Of a stretch of 64,000 bases of DNA, positions 13,466 to 25,372 are shown in pieces. The notes beneath the pieces were generated by a model that ran no database searches, was not told the DNA's origin, and saw nothing but the letters and a program-made list of their open reading frames with translations. Every line of letters begins with the position of its first letter. Within the stretch, counting starts at the first letter, position 1. The stretch is from the NCBI RefSeq assembly GCF_006345805.1, contig NC_043000.1, positions 19,902,001 to 19,966,000 of the forward strand. The letters are read 5' to 3'. Origin of the DNA: Octopus sinensis (taxonomy: Eukaryota). Both the position numbers and the translations under genes were made by a program.

Positions 13466-14160
13466 ATAGCTGAGTAGCCTGTCATTGCTGAACAATGTTC
13501 GCAACAGAATGCCTTTATTTCAATCATTTTTTATTCCATGTCTTCCCCAATGGATAGGCCATTTGACCAGATGAGATTTCTGCATTATTTGGGGCAATTT
13601 ATAATATCTTGATAAACAAAGTTTTTTGTTCTTCCATTTGGTGGATAGATGTAAAGACTTTTCTTACTTCCTACTTTTGAACATCCATGGGTGAAGCAGA
13701 GCTCTTCAATGTGTGAACCAGTAACTTGTTGATGGTCATGGCAAAACTAAGACTCACTGGAAATTGCAATCATTTGAATTGAAATGAGACACTGTCTCCT
13801 GAGTCTATGCAACAATGGCTCTTGTGTGCTTATCATCTAAGTGATGCATCTACTGCTGGGGTCTCTACTGAAAATGTGTAATAGAAGCTCATGTTTGCAT
13901 ATCATCAAGTTTATTCTTTCTCTGTTCAGGTGTTTCATAAGCTCGCCACTGATGCTTTGTGAAGGTCTTTTGACTCTGTTGCCCTAATGAAATTCCTTAC
14001 ATACACACACACTGACATATACATACCTAAATGCATATACAAATATACACACACTCAGTGTGAGCGATATACATATACAGAGAAAGAATGAGAGAGAGAG
14101 TGAAGTTTACAATGAGAAAAGCATAAAAGACAGAGAGAGAGACAGATAGAAAGAGAAGAC
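13466..14160 (-). mobile_element. Non-autonomous Helitron deletion derivative (right boundary uncertain)
   Basis: Minus strand reads RAYETPEQRKNKLDD repeats, then LQFPVSLSFAMTINK and CFTHG..CSKVG..SLYIYPPNGRTKNFVY (Pif1 C-terminus). It ends in a GCGAACATTGTTCAGC hairpin and TACTCAGCTAT (CTAG-like end). Confidence 0.8.
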
Positions 14161-14242
14161 TTTTTCTGTTTCAGTCACAGATGTTGAAATATTAAAATTA
14201 AGTGAAAAGTTTCAAATTTGGTATACTGATGTAATTTTCCTA

Positions 14243-15187
14243 GTAGTGGAGGTGGATGCTCTTAGAGATTAGGCTGGGCAAAGTTTAGAGAGCTCCTACC
14301 TCTGCTGGCAACAAAGGGCCTCTCTCTCAGCGTGAAAGGCAGATTGTATGGTGTCTGTGTGCGAACAGCTATGCTACATGGCAGTGAAACATGGGCTGTG
14401 ACAGTCAAGGTCATGTGTAGGCTTGAAAGAAATGAAGTCAGTATGCTTCACTGGATGTGCAATGTCAGTGTGCATGTATGACAGAGTGTAAGCATCTTGA
14501 GAAAAAATTTAGGCACAAGAGGCATCAGATGTGGTGTACAAGAGAGACAACTGTGCTGGTATGGTCATGTGATGCATATAGATGACAACAGCTGTGTAAA
14601 GAAGTGCCAATTCTAATTGTGGAGGGGATCTATGGTAGAGGTAGACCCAGGAAGACATGGGACGAAGTGGTGAAGCATGATCTTCGAACTTTGAGCCTCA
14701 CAGAGGCAATGACTAGTGACGGAGACCTTTGGTGATATGCTGTGTTTGGGAAAACCCATCATGCAAAGTGAAATCGTAGTCATGGCTGATGCTAATGTCA
14801 TGTAATTGGCACCAATGTACATAAAGAGCACCTTTTGAGCATTGGGCCTCACGAAGGCAAAGTGGCTGAGTTCCTTTCGAGTGATGGGCCTCATGGAGGC
14901 AATGACCGAGACCTTTGGCATTATGCCGCGCTTGAAAAGAAAACCCACCAAGCTGAGCAAAATTGCAGTTGTGGCAGATACTGGTGACATGCAAATGGCA
15001 CCCGTGCCAACAGTACGTAAAAGTACCCATTGCGCTCTCAGAGACACTGGCTTTAGAAAGGACATCCAGCCATAGAAAATGATGCCAAATCAGACTGGAG
15101 TCTGGTGCAGCCTTCCAGCTTACCAGCCCTGATCAAACCGTCCAACTCATGCCAGCATGGACAATGGACATTAAATGATGATGATGA
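14243..15187 (+). mobile_element. RTE family 1, 3' part of ORF2 plus 3' UTR with internal duplications and (GAT)n tail
   Basis: WAKFRELLPLL..KG.SL.VKGRLY..CVRTAMLHGSETW homology to the 59939 element. Confidence 0.85.
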
Positions 15188-15921
15188 TTATTATTATTAT
15201 TATTATGACCAGGTTCCAACCCAGGCTGCAGCAACAAATTCTACTTGCCACACTTCTCAATCCATCTTTACTGCCTCGATATCCTGGATACATTTCAGGC
15301 CAGCGTCTGCAATCAAGTTGTTGATGTAAGTGTGATAATGCTTTTCTCTTCTTACATCACCATGAAGTGGGTTCCACAAGATTAATTTGGATGCTTCCAG
15401 CTCAGGGTGGTGCACACAGTGACCAGACAATTGCAGCCATGTTTCTTGATCTTCTTTCTAATTTTCAGCAGGTCACCATTAAGGTATTCATTTGTCATAT
15501 GTTACTGCCATTTCACATTTAGGGCCATTCGTAGCATCCATTTAGCCCATTTGATAATTTCATTGTCAGTGTCCATGCGTCACTGCCATATAATAGCATT
15601 GATTTGACAGTTGCAATGATTTTGATTTGCCTGAGCAATTTAGAGTTCCAGACTTTCTTTAGTTTGTGACAGGCTGTGCCTTCCTGATCTTGACTTCACT
15701 GAGGATACAGCACTCATATCTAATGAAACAGATCAAGCTCAGCAGAGTAGAAACATCAGCAGCTAAAATAAGACTGCACACAATGTCAAGAAAACGGAAT
15801 ACATGTCTTTCAACTAATCAAGTGATACTGAACTAATTGCTTTGAGCAGTTCCAAATTAAATGTTACTGAAGACTTCAAGTACTTAGGTGGTTGGATGAG
15901 CAGTTCAGAAGCAGACATTAA
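15188..15921 (-). mobile_element. RTE family 2 insertion with inverted 5' segment (15686..15921 on +) and (TAA)n tail
   Basis: Minus 15693 to 15188 reads KIRKA...KVWNSKL...ATVKSMLLYGSDAWTL...MLRMALNVKWQ...GHCVHHPE...ILWEP. Plus 15686..15921 reads DLDFTED (FADD equivalent)...NVKKTEYM...EDFKYLGGWMSSSEADI. Confidence 0.85.
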
Positions 15922-16469
15922 CTTTTCATGCTGAAACCAATTTTGTGATTCATTTATTCCAGAATTTTTTTTTTTTTAATATTACTAAGATTTAAAGTTT
16001 GGTCATTTTTACACAATCAGAAAATAGGATTTGGAAGCTAGCATTTTCTGCATGATAACTGTCTATCACAAAATGAAAGTAAAAACATTACATCAATGAC
16101 ATTTTAAACAAAATGAAAGCAATTACCTGTCATATCAAGAGAGGAGTGGGGGCAACAGGTGTGAGAGATATACATGTACAGAAAAATAAAGAGAGAGAGT
16201 GTGATAAATATATATAAAGAGGGGGAAAGTGTAATAAACAGATAGGAAACATAGAGATGGGAAGATTTGGTGATCTGAAAGTTGAATTATTTCTCATAAC
16301 AAATTATGTTTTTTGATTAATATTTACTGAAAACCTTCTCCTTTGGGAAGTACATTTCAAAAATCAAATCCATTTTTCTCAAGGACACACTGCTTCAGAG
16401 CCTTTCAATAATATACATACATACGTACGTACATACATACATACATACATACACTCACATTTATTTAGT

Positions 16470-16506
<37 letters not shown>

Positions 16507-17304
16507 CATATATATATATATACATACATATATATGACAGGCTTCTACACAGTTTCTGTCTATCAAATTCAGTCAGGAGGCACTGGTTGGCTTGGGGCTA
16601 TAGCTGAAGACACTTGCCTAAAGCGCTGTGCAGTGGGACCGTATCCAAAACCATATGGCTGCAAAGCAAACTTCTTAACCACACAACTATGCCTGCACCA
16701 ATGTTTTTCTATATATTATTTTACTGTACTGAAATAATATAGTATTTTTGCTGTAACATTTCTCTTCTTGTTTATTCTTGTAACAAAATATAGAAATCAT
16801 TAATACTATCATCATCATCATTTGCTCCAGCAAATAAACCATCCCGTCAATAAATAAAAATAAACAGTCTTTAATTACACAATAGTGTTAGTATTATATC
16901 ACCGTTAGTTTCCTGCACAGGAGAACCTGTAAAGATTATTGAACACAGCCCAAGTGTTTTCTGTGGTCACTCAACCTAAAAGTAAAAGTAGCCAATCTTG
17001 TTCAAATTACATCTTACCACTCAAAAAGGAAATGACACAATTTTGTCACAGATTATGCAAAAAAATGGGATGGTCATAGCTAGAATGCATTGATCACAGG
17101 TTTCCTATATGAACAAAGGAAAGTTTTCAATTAAACAAAAAAGTTGAATGAAATATATGTGGTGACATTGCTACGTAAAGGTTTAGGGTGTAAGTTACAG
17201 CTTATTTGAATGAGTCAACAAAGAAGCCTCAATGTGGTCGCTCAACCTGCTAGAAACAGGAGACAAATCTCTCTCAAATCAAACCCTAATATCTTACAGA
17301 AGGA

Positions 17305-17530
17305 AAACGGCAAGTTGACGGAATTGTTAGCACACCAGGCAAAATACTGAGCAGCATTTCATCTGTCTTTGCATTCTGAGTTCAAATTCTGCTTGGGTCA
17401 ACTTTGCTTTTCATATTATTTCTTTTTTTGGTGGGGGGAGGTGATAAAATAAGTACCAGTGGAGTATTGGAGTCAATATGATCGATTTACCCCTCCCCTG
17501 TAATTGCTGGCTTTGTGCTAAGATTTGAAA
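17305..17530 (+). mobile_element. tRNA-derived SINE, family B (decayed)
   Basis: Colinear with 45415..45646. Confidence 0.7.
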
Positions 17531-18685
17531 CCAATATCTTACAGAAGGAAGGGCACATTGGATAACACAGACACACACACACACACACATGATGGGCTTC
17601 TTTCAGTTTCCATCTACCAGATCCACTCACAAAGCTTTGGTTGGCTCAAGGCTATAGTAGAAGACACTTGCTTAAGGTGCCACATAGTTGAACTGAACCC
17701 TGAACCATGTGGTTGGGAAGCAAGTTTCTTACCACACAGCCACACCTGTGCCTAGTCATGCCTGCATCTAGTCACAGCTGTTACTGGTAGTTTTCTATGC
17801 AAACTTGTCATCATTTTAACATCCACTTTGCCATGCTTACATGGGTCAGATAGAATTTGTTGAAACAGATTTTCTGCAGTTGGAAGCCTTTCCTTTACCA
17901 ACCCTCACCAGCCCAAAAGCAAGGTAATAATTCCTCCATGGCTGGACATGTTTCCATGGAAGAATGGAAATGAGGAACACCACTAACATGATGATGACAT
18001 TTGACTATCTCTATATGTCAAGAAGACAAGGAGCCACAAACACACACACACACAACAGGCTTCTTTCAACCAAATCCACTCACAAGGCTTTGGTCAGCCC
18101 AAGACTATAGTATAAAACACTTGCCCAAGGTGCTATACAGTGGGACTGAACCCAAATCCATGTGATTTTGAAGTAAACATCTTAACCACACAACCATACC
18201 TGTACCCATTAACTACTGTACAAAACTACCCATAAATTTAAGTGATTCTCTTATCAGTACTTCTGTAAGTATGAAGTCTAGGTTTTGTGAAGGAGGTTAA
18301 TAACACAGAAACATATCCGAAGCTGTCTCCCACACTTGTGAATATAATTAAAATAATATAACTGTCTAATTTTATATTTTCTCACCATTTAATTATTTCT
18401 AATTGGCTTTTAATGAATGTTTTTCATGTAGATGGCATTTCTGAGCAATTTATTTTTTAAAATTATGATCCATTATATGAGCAATGTTAACCTGAATGAA
18501 TGGTAATGATACAAATAAACTGGGAATGCAGCTTGGCATTAAAGAAATCAGCCGCTTGATGTGGACAAGCAGTGGCCTTATTAATATGGACCTGTGATGA
18601 AAATGGAGAAATTCTGCTGAGCAAAAAGTGCCGTGGATAGATAGTAAAGCAGGTATGAGCCATGTCAGATGGCAACTGAAAGAAG

Positions 18686-18687
<2 letters not shown>

Positions 18688-18733
<46 letters not shown>

Positions 18734-18875
18734 ATGTGCATGTGTGTATACATGTGTGTGTGTGTACATGCATGTGTGTATGCACATGCATGAGTATGTA
18801 TGAGTGCATGTGCATGAATATGTGCATGTGTACGTGCGTGTGCATGTACACACATGCATGTGTATGTGTGTGCAT
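18688..18875. repeat. (TG)n plus degenerate TG/CATG microsatellite
   Basis: Directly visible; gives rise to spurious ORFs 18450..19037 and others. Confidence 0.95.
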
Positions 18876-19544
18876 GTTATTCTTTGGCCAGACTTTGTGC
18901 AATAGTTGTAAATGATTGTTGCCTTCATGTCTGGTATAGAGACACATTACCTTACCTTGAAACAGGGAAGGATTGGCAACTGGATTAGCATCCAGACATA
19001 GAAAAAAATCCACCACAACAAATTCTGTCCAACCCATGCAAACATGGAAAAGCGGATGTTAAAAAACAATGATGATGATGATGAATCACCAGCTGAAACC
19101 AATAAGTTCTCTAAATATCACTAAATGAAGCAATATACATAATTAGCAGGTCACAGCAAGCAGTGGGACAAGGAGAATATCGGGATATTTATAACAGCTG
19201 ATATAGTAGGAGTAAAGTAGATTAATGAATAAAGGAATGACTGAATGGTAGGGATGATGATGAAGTCAATGACAACAACAGTAACCAAAATATGAAATAT
19301 TAATTAGCAGCCTTTGTTGTCTAAATGAACAGAACATCTTGAGTCAACATACACCGAAGATGAGTTGAACCAGTTCCAACCAATGAGTCCACAGCTGTAG
19401 TAGCTTCACTGGGGTTCACTGATGAAATTTCACTTGAAATATGATTCTCTGAGGTAGTCTCTAGTAGCAAGCATTATTATACAGAACAATGTATGTCATT
19501 TGTAAATATAATAAGGTGGTAAACTTAATCTGCATAAAGCAGTG

Positions 19545-19745
19545 AGCTAGCAGAATCATTAGCTCATCAGACAAAATGCTTAACAGCATTTCTTCCAGCT
19601 CTTTATGTTCTGAGTTCAAACCCTGCAGAGGTCAAATTTGCCTTTCATCCCTTGGTGAGGGGAGGTGATACAGTAAAGTACCATTCCAGAACTGGGGTCA
19701 ATGTAATTGATTTGTCTCTTTCCCTAAAAACTGTTTGCCTTGAAC
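19545..19745 (+). mobile_element. tRNA-derived SINE, family B (decayed)
   Basis: GTTCTGAGTTCAAA...TTTGCCTTTCATCC...GGGGTCAATGTAAT core. Confidence 0.7.
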
Positions 19746-20090
19746 CCTGGAGTGAACTGGCATCCTGTTCAGGAAAAATGATGTGATCTCTGTTATTTAA
19801 CACCATGGAAAACCTGGTAACCAGCTTTATGAGTCTTAGGGGTCAAGATAAAAAAACAAAAAAAAAATCTGTCAACCATCACCTGCTTACTGGGTTCCTC
19901 TAGATCTAAACATTTGGATTAGATCTCATCGTCATCATCATAATTTAGCATGTTTTCCATGCTGGCATGGCTTAAATGGTTTGACTGGAACTGGTAAGCC
20001 AAAGAGGTGCATCTGGCTCCAATCTGTTTCTATGGCTGGATGCCCTTCCTAACACCAATCACTCCATAGAGTGTACTGGGTGTTTGTTAC

Positions 20091-20310
20091 GTGTCACCAG
20101 CATGGAGGCCTTTTATGTGTCACCAGCACAGGTGTCTTACACATGTCACTGACACAGGTGCCTCTAACATGTCCTGGCACAGTGCCTTTTACATGTCACT
20201 GGCACGGTGCCTTTCACATGTCACTGGCACAGGTGCCTCTTACATGTCATCAGCATAAGTGCCTTTTATGTGTCACTGGCACAGGCACCTTTTACATGTC
20301 ACTAGCACAT
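20091..20310. repeat. About 26-bp minisatellite (9 copies, ATGTCACTGGCACAGGTGCCTTTTAC) inside a minus-strand RTE-1 3' UTR (about 19930..20310)
   Basis: Unit starts at 20091, 20117, 20143, 20169, 20193, 20218, 20244, 20270 and 20296. Confidence 0.9.
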
Positions 20311-20436
20311 AAGTATAAGAATATCCAGAATAAGAATACCTTCCCCACTCCTACCAGTTTTAGAGATCCTAATAAAGGTCATGAGCAAAGCATTTAAAGC
20401 TCTTAACAAAGTGATCGTGAAAGAAAAGCAACTTAC

Positions 20437-20609
20437 TTATAGAAAGCATTCATGGCGTTTCTGTTTTGTTTCTGTCGTTCTTCTTGCATTTTCATATCAT
20501 TGGCCTTCATACTGTAGCCGACACCCATCATAACATAGATGCGTGACCGGAGGGGATGGTCCCCTTCAATGGCTATAGCTCGTTCAGCAAAGTCAATCCC
20601 CTCATTATA
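20437..20609 (-). CDS. TTC7: TTC7 internal exon (173 nt): YNEGIDFAERAIAIEGDHPLRSRIYVMMGVGYSMKANDMKMQEERQKQNRNAMNAFY
   Basis: Acceptor ttcatttcag, donor AA/gtaagt. Open frame, TPR-like, aligns by position with TTC7B LEEAEKFA...KGYLALGLTYSLQA...QRKALLAFQ. Confidence 0.92.
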
Positions 20610-21090
20610 CTGAAATGAATAAATAAATAAATAAAAGATTCCATGCTAATGTATGTAGATCGTTTCATACCTTCAGCCAGATAAAAAAAGGGGGAAAATG
20701 AAATGAATTTAACACAAATATCGTAAAAATTTATAAGACAATAGTATTCAGAACTATTTTCTCATTTTTGGATTTTAGTGTTTAACTTCCTTCCCTTTTA
20801 TTCCAGAGTTCAAATCCCACTAAGATCAACTTTGCATGTCTTCATTTAGGACTGATAAAACAAAATACCAGTAAAATACAAAAGTAGGACAATTCAATCA
20901 CCCACTTACTACTCATCTGTATCCATTTGTATAAACTTACCAAACTCTAGATTTAACAACACTAACTTTGTCATACCTCTCACCCAAGCAAGAAGATCTG
21001 TCCCAACAGTCTATAATAGCAATGCCTTATCTCATCAGTTATAATGTTTAAAAGATGAAAAAAAGAAGTGTATGAAATTCCTGTACTCAC

Positions 21091-21195
21091 CTGATAGAGA
21101 TATTCTATGCAGATGCGCGCTGCTTGCAACAGGAGAGCTGGATTCTTTGGTTGCTGCCGAGCACACTCATTTAGCACCAGTACTGCACGGCTATA
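21091..21195 (-). CDS. TTC7: TTC7 internal exon (105 nt, phase 0/0): YSRAVLVLNECARQQPKNPALLLQAARICIEYLYQ
   Basis: Acceptor ttgctgttag, donor CAG/gtgagt. Lies inside ORF 20980..21177. Resembles TTC7B SARAVKVLKECIRLKPDDATIPLLAAKLC. Confidence 0.93.
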
Positions 21196-21711
21196 CTAAC
21201 AGCAAAGGGAAATATAAAAGAGAAAGACTTTAAGTTATTTTTAATGGTAAAAATAAGAAAATTTTAAGAATTTTAGTATAATTTTGACACATATGAGAAA
21301 ACATTTTTCTGATAAATTTTTTATCATAGAAAAGATTACCATAGCAATAACAATTTTCTGATGTTATCACTTTTCTTAATTTATTATCTACATTAACCAA
21401 GAATTTGTTCCCACATTTACTAATTTCTTAAGCTTTCTATGATCCATTATTTTATAGCTAGTCTAGACGACCTGTGTACATTAATTAATTTTCAAAATAA
21501 TCAAGACACTGCAAAGGTTTAATAAAATAGCTGGTCATTCAGCTGATAGGTAGAATACAACAAAAGACGTTAATTGATAATGAGAACTTATATTATTTAT
21601 GTAATAAAAAGATTTCAATTGAGATATTCATTTAAATGTGAACACTTTAATATAAGCACAGTATTATGGAATTAATAGCAATATCAGAACTGTTGGTATT
21701 GAAAATATTAA

Positions 21712-21931
21712 CCTTTTAGCATTCAGATTACCCTATCAAATATAATGCTTATTTATTTACATTATTTTGAATTAATCATGCATTATCTTGTAACTCTGAG
21801 ATTTGGATGATGTGAATGTTATTTTTAGAATGACACTGAAGGATAGGTGTGAGAAGCTGGATCTGGTAAGTTTGGATTTAAAAATAGGTAGAATATTTCA
21901 GCCGGATATGGCTGGTTTAAATACAAAAAGG
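21712..21931. mobile_element. piggyBac-like MITE
   Basis: TTAA flanks, CCTTTTAGCATT terminus. Confidence 0.75.
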
Positions 21932-22755
21932 TTAAAGTTTATTTTGGTTTTACAAACTGAATACTTGGGGTAAGACCATGGTTATTATTTATTCTTACAA
22001 ATTGAGATAAAATGACTGGAAAATATTAAATAACTTGAGAATTGAAGAAAAAAGAAAAAGCATCTCTGTTGATATTTATGTTGAGTTGATATTTTAAAAA
22101 GTGCAATGATAAATTTTGCAGATTGTGTCATTCCTATAAAATAGTACAGCAACAATAGCACTAAAGTCTTGACTAACAGAATTCCAGGTATTAACTGCTA
22201 CGATAACCAAACCACCTCAATGTAGGTAAATAGTAAAATGTCACTGAGTCAGATATAACAATAGTATTTAGTTCTGAAGAATAATATAACAGGTTCCATT
22301 GACTACTTTCATATGACAGTGATTAGATCAAAGCCACCCACAACATACAAAAAAGAATATATTTGATAGGATAAGTATGTTAAAATTTAACAGGAATCTA
22401 GTTAGATAACTAAGCAATAGAGTGGTAGGTATAGTGTTTTTCTGTGATCACTAAGTGCTTCAGTGTATACTACCATCCTACCATACCTTACTGACAACTG
22501 TTCCCAAACCTTAACAACAATAAGAAAAACAACATAATCTAGATATTAGGTGAATAATGTTATAACCATTAAGCTTTTAATAATCTTTTTTATGAGCTCA
22601 AAATACTTGGAGACAAAGAAATGACTCAATTGTTAAATGAGCTTAAAGTGACAGACAAGTCAAACAGGTTAGTTTTTCAAGAGTGTTTTATACATTATAC
22701 ATATACAACTATGTTGGTATGTATGTATGTGTGTGTATATGCATGCATGTATGTA

Positions 22756-22794
<39 letters not shown>

Positions 22795-22977
22795 ACATAT
22801 ATACAATCCGGTATAAATACACATACATATATACATACACAGACTAAATTTGACAACTTTCTTTTATATCTCCTTTTTTCAGGAACAGTATAGGTGAACT
22901 GTCAACAGTGTTGAATAGTATGATGGTTAAAGGTGCAGTTGAGAAGAAGTTAGCTGACATGGAAGGCTGGAATATAA

Positions 22978-23233
22978 TAAAATAAATGCGCCCTTTCATA
23001 GCCTAGCCAGGCTCATGGGCCCGGTTTCCCGGTTTCTATGGTGTATGTGTTCCCTAGCTGGACAGGACGCCAGTCCATCACAGCGTTACTCATTTTTGCC
23101 AGCTGAGTGGACTGGAGCAATGTGAAATGAAGTGTTTTGCTCAAGAACACAACGCGTCGCCTGGTTCAGGAATCGAAACCACAATCTTACGATCATGGCA
23201 CTGACACCCTAACCACTACGCCCCATGCCTCCA
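22978..23233 (-). mobile_element. tRNA-derived SINE, family C (GATGGACTGGCGTCC core, V-domain-like)
   Basis: tRNA-like head with B-box GGTTTCGATTCC on the minus strand. The core is shared with 45058..45357. Confidence 0.8.
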
Positions 23234-23534
23234 CAGAGGGTTGGAAGCCATCTGAATATTGGAAAGAATTATCTGTGTCATGATGATTCACATCAGGTAT
23301 CAAAATACCAAGATTAACACAGCTGCTCAATATTCTGTGGACACTGTAAAGTCTGTAAGATGCGACATGGACAGTTGTAATGGAGACTACAAAGCTGTGG
23401 CTAACATCAAAGGACATGGCAGGCATTCTGACTGCGTCTGCATGCCAGAATTCACCCTCTCATCTTTGAATGGCACCTTAGGCTCATTTCACATGGTTAT
23501 GTGAAGTTGCAGATGTCTGTGGTCTATCTTTGAC

Positions 23535-23990
23535 TGGAGAGGGTTACCGCTAGAAGGCCATATGTGTGGCAGCACAATTCAGCTCCTTGCCAAGAGTCAG
23601 AAGTGGTTGTCAGATAATTTCTATGACTTCACTGCCCCCAATTTCTGGTTTCCTAATTCCCCTGATTATAATCCCATGGATTATTATGTGTGAGTGTGGT
23701 TTCAAAAGACACCAACCACTCTGCCTACAACACCAAGGCATGCTGGTGGCCAAAATCAAGGAGGCATTCAAAGATCTTCCCAGGGACACAGTGGAGAAAA
23801 CATGTGCCAGATTCCAGAGTCATCTTGCAACCGTAATGGAAGATGAGGGCAACTACTTTGAGTAAATTGTTGTCTCCGAGTCATAATCTAGTTGATATTT
23901 GTTTGATTTTTTTTTAATTCTTTTATTTTTTTAATGGGATATTGTGTTTTCCCTTTTATGCAAACTGTCAAATTTAGCCCAAACACTCTG
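23535..23990 (+). mobile_element. 3' fragment of a DD37D/maT-like transposon with right TIR
   Basis: W.PNSPDYNPMDYY...KIKEAFKDLPRDTVEKTCARFQSHL.TVMEDEGNYFE; ends CACTCTG/TA. Confidence 0.8.
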
Positions 23991-24128
23991 TACGTATACA
24001 CACATATACACAAACATATGAATATATAAATAATTATATATAAACAATTGCAGCATGGAAGATATTTGTAAGCCATTCAAGAACACACAAAGACTGTTAG
24101 TTTCACTTCAACATTTAATTTACATTTG

Positions 24129-24175
24129 TGTCGAAATATTTTCGTTGCTTTGAAACAGCAACATATTCACTGACA
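24129..24175 (-). ncRNA. Degenerate minimal type I hammerhead ribozyme-like motif (Penelope-type remnant)
   Basis: Minus strand reads UGUCA-GUGAAUA-U-GUUGC(9 nt loop)GCAAC-GAAA-AUAUU-U-CGACA. Stem II and GAAA are intact; the CUGANGA box has two mismatches. Confidence 0.4.
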
Positions 24176-24519
24176 AAGCTTTAATACAGAGAATATAAAA
24201 ATACATTAAATACAAAAAAAGTATATATGTTTACATACAAAAAGGTCCAGCTTACACAAATTAGAAATGAGATCAAGAATTAAAGGAGTTGAAGAAGAGC
24301 ATTAGAAATTCAACAGTTGTTTCTAGGGACTCGGTGGTCCAAAATATTGATCGTAAATTGGTTCCATCATCAGATGATACAAGACCCCACCTTCCGGGAA
24401 GAAATCTTACATTTGAGGTGTTGACAGAAAGGAGATTAAAGATGGATAGTGTCCACTATCTATAGCTGCAGGTTGATCAATAACATGTGTGAAACTTGGT
24501 AGATAGAAACTGAAACTGT

Positions 24520-24725
24520 ATGTATGTATATGTATATATATGTATGTATGTATGTGTATATATATGTATCTATGTATATATATGTATGTATGTGTATATA
24601 TATGTATCTATGTGTGTATATATGTATGTATGCATGCATGTATGTATGCATGCATGTATGTATGCATGTGTGTATGTATGCATGCATGTATGTATGCATG
24701 TAGATATATGTCTATGCATGTGTGC
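24520..24725. repeat. (TATG)n/(TA)n/(CATG)n compound microsatellite
   Basis: Directly visible. Confidence 0.95.
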
Positions 24726-25014
24726 AAGCATGTGATTAAGTGTGTATTCCCTTTTTCTTGACACGTGAGCTCTGATTGCAAACAAAGAATCATCATTTAA
24801 ACAATTGTGCTATTTGTCTGCAATCCTCCATGAAAGTGTGTCTAAACTGATCATTGATTGATAAACAAGGTAAAATATTATTTTGCTTGAAAGCAGGTGA
24901 GGTTTAACAACACACACAAACACACACACACGCACGCGCTGCACACACACACACACACATATATATGTCATATTCAACGGCTAACATAACAGCATCATAG
25001 CCAACTATTAGAAT

Positions 25015-25185
25015 GAGTAAAGGAGATGACTTGAGAGAGGAAATTATAGAGGTATTGAATTGCTGGACCAGATCACAAACTCTACAGAAAGTTGATACTT
25101 CAATTAGAAAGATGCTGTTTAGTTCTGTGCCAGGTAAAACTACAACTGATGCTCTCTTCCTGGTGAGGTAAGTGCAGGAGAAGTA
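25015..25185 (+). mobile_element. Old RTE-1 RT fragment
   Basis: KGDDL..NYRGIELLDQI...VPGKTTTDALFLVR..QEK. Confidence 0.65.
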
Positions 25186-25333
25186 TAATAGTTACTAGCA
25201 TACCCATGTCAACAAAAATGCAAACAGTTTTATTAATGATGCAAAATGGTGCATCAACACAATGGAAGAAACCATTGACAAATGTCAGCAATCTAGTAAA
25301 TACATGTACATACTCAGAATTGAGAGCTACGTT

Positions 25334-25371
<38 letters not shown>

Positions 25372-25372
25372 A

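Noticed and set aside
19320-19490. Ser/Thr-rich open stretch on the minus strand (TTSENHISSEISSVNPSEATT)
   Set aside because: Short, ends in a stop, lacks a donor site and has no recognisable homology.
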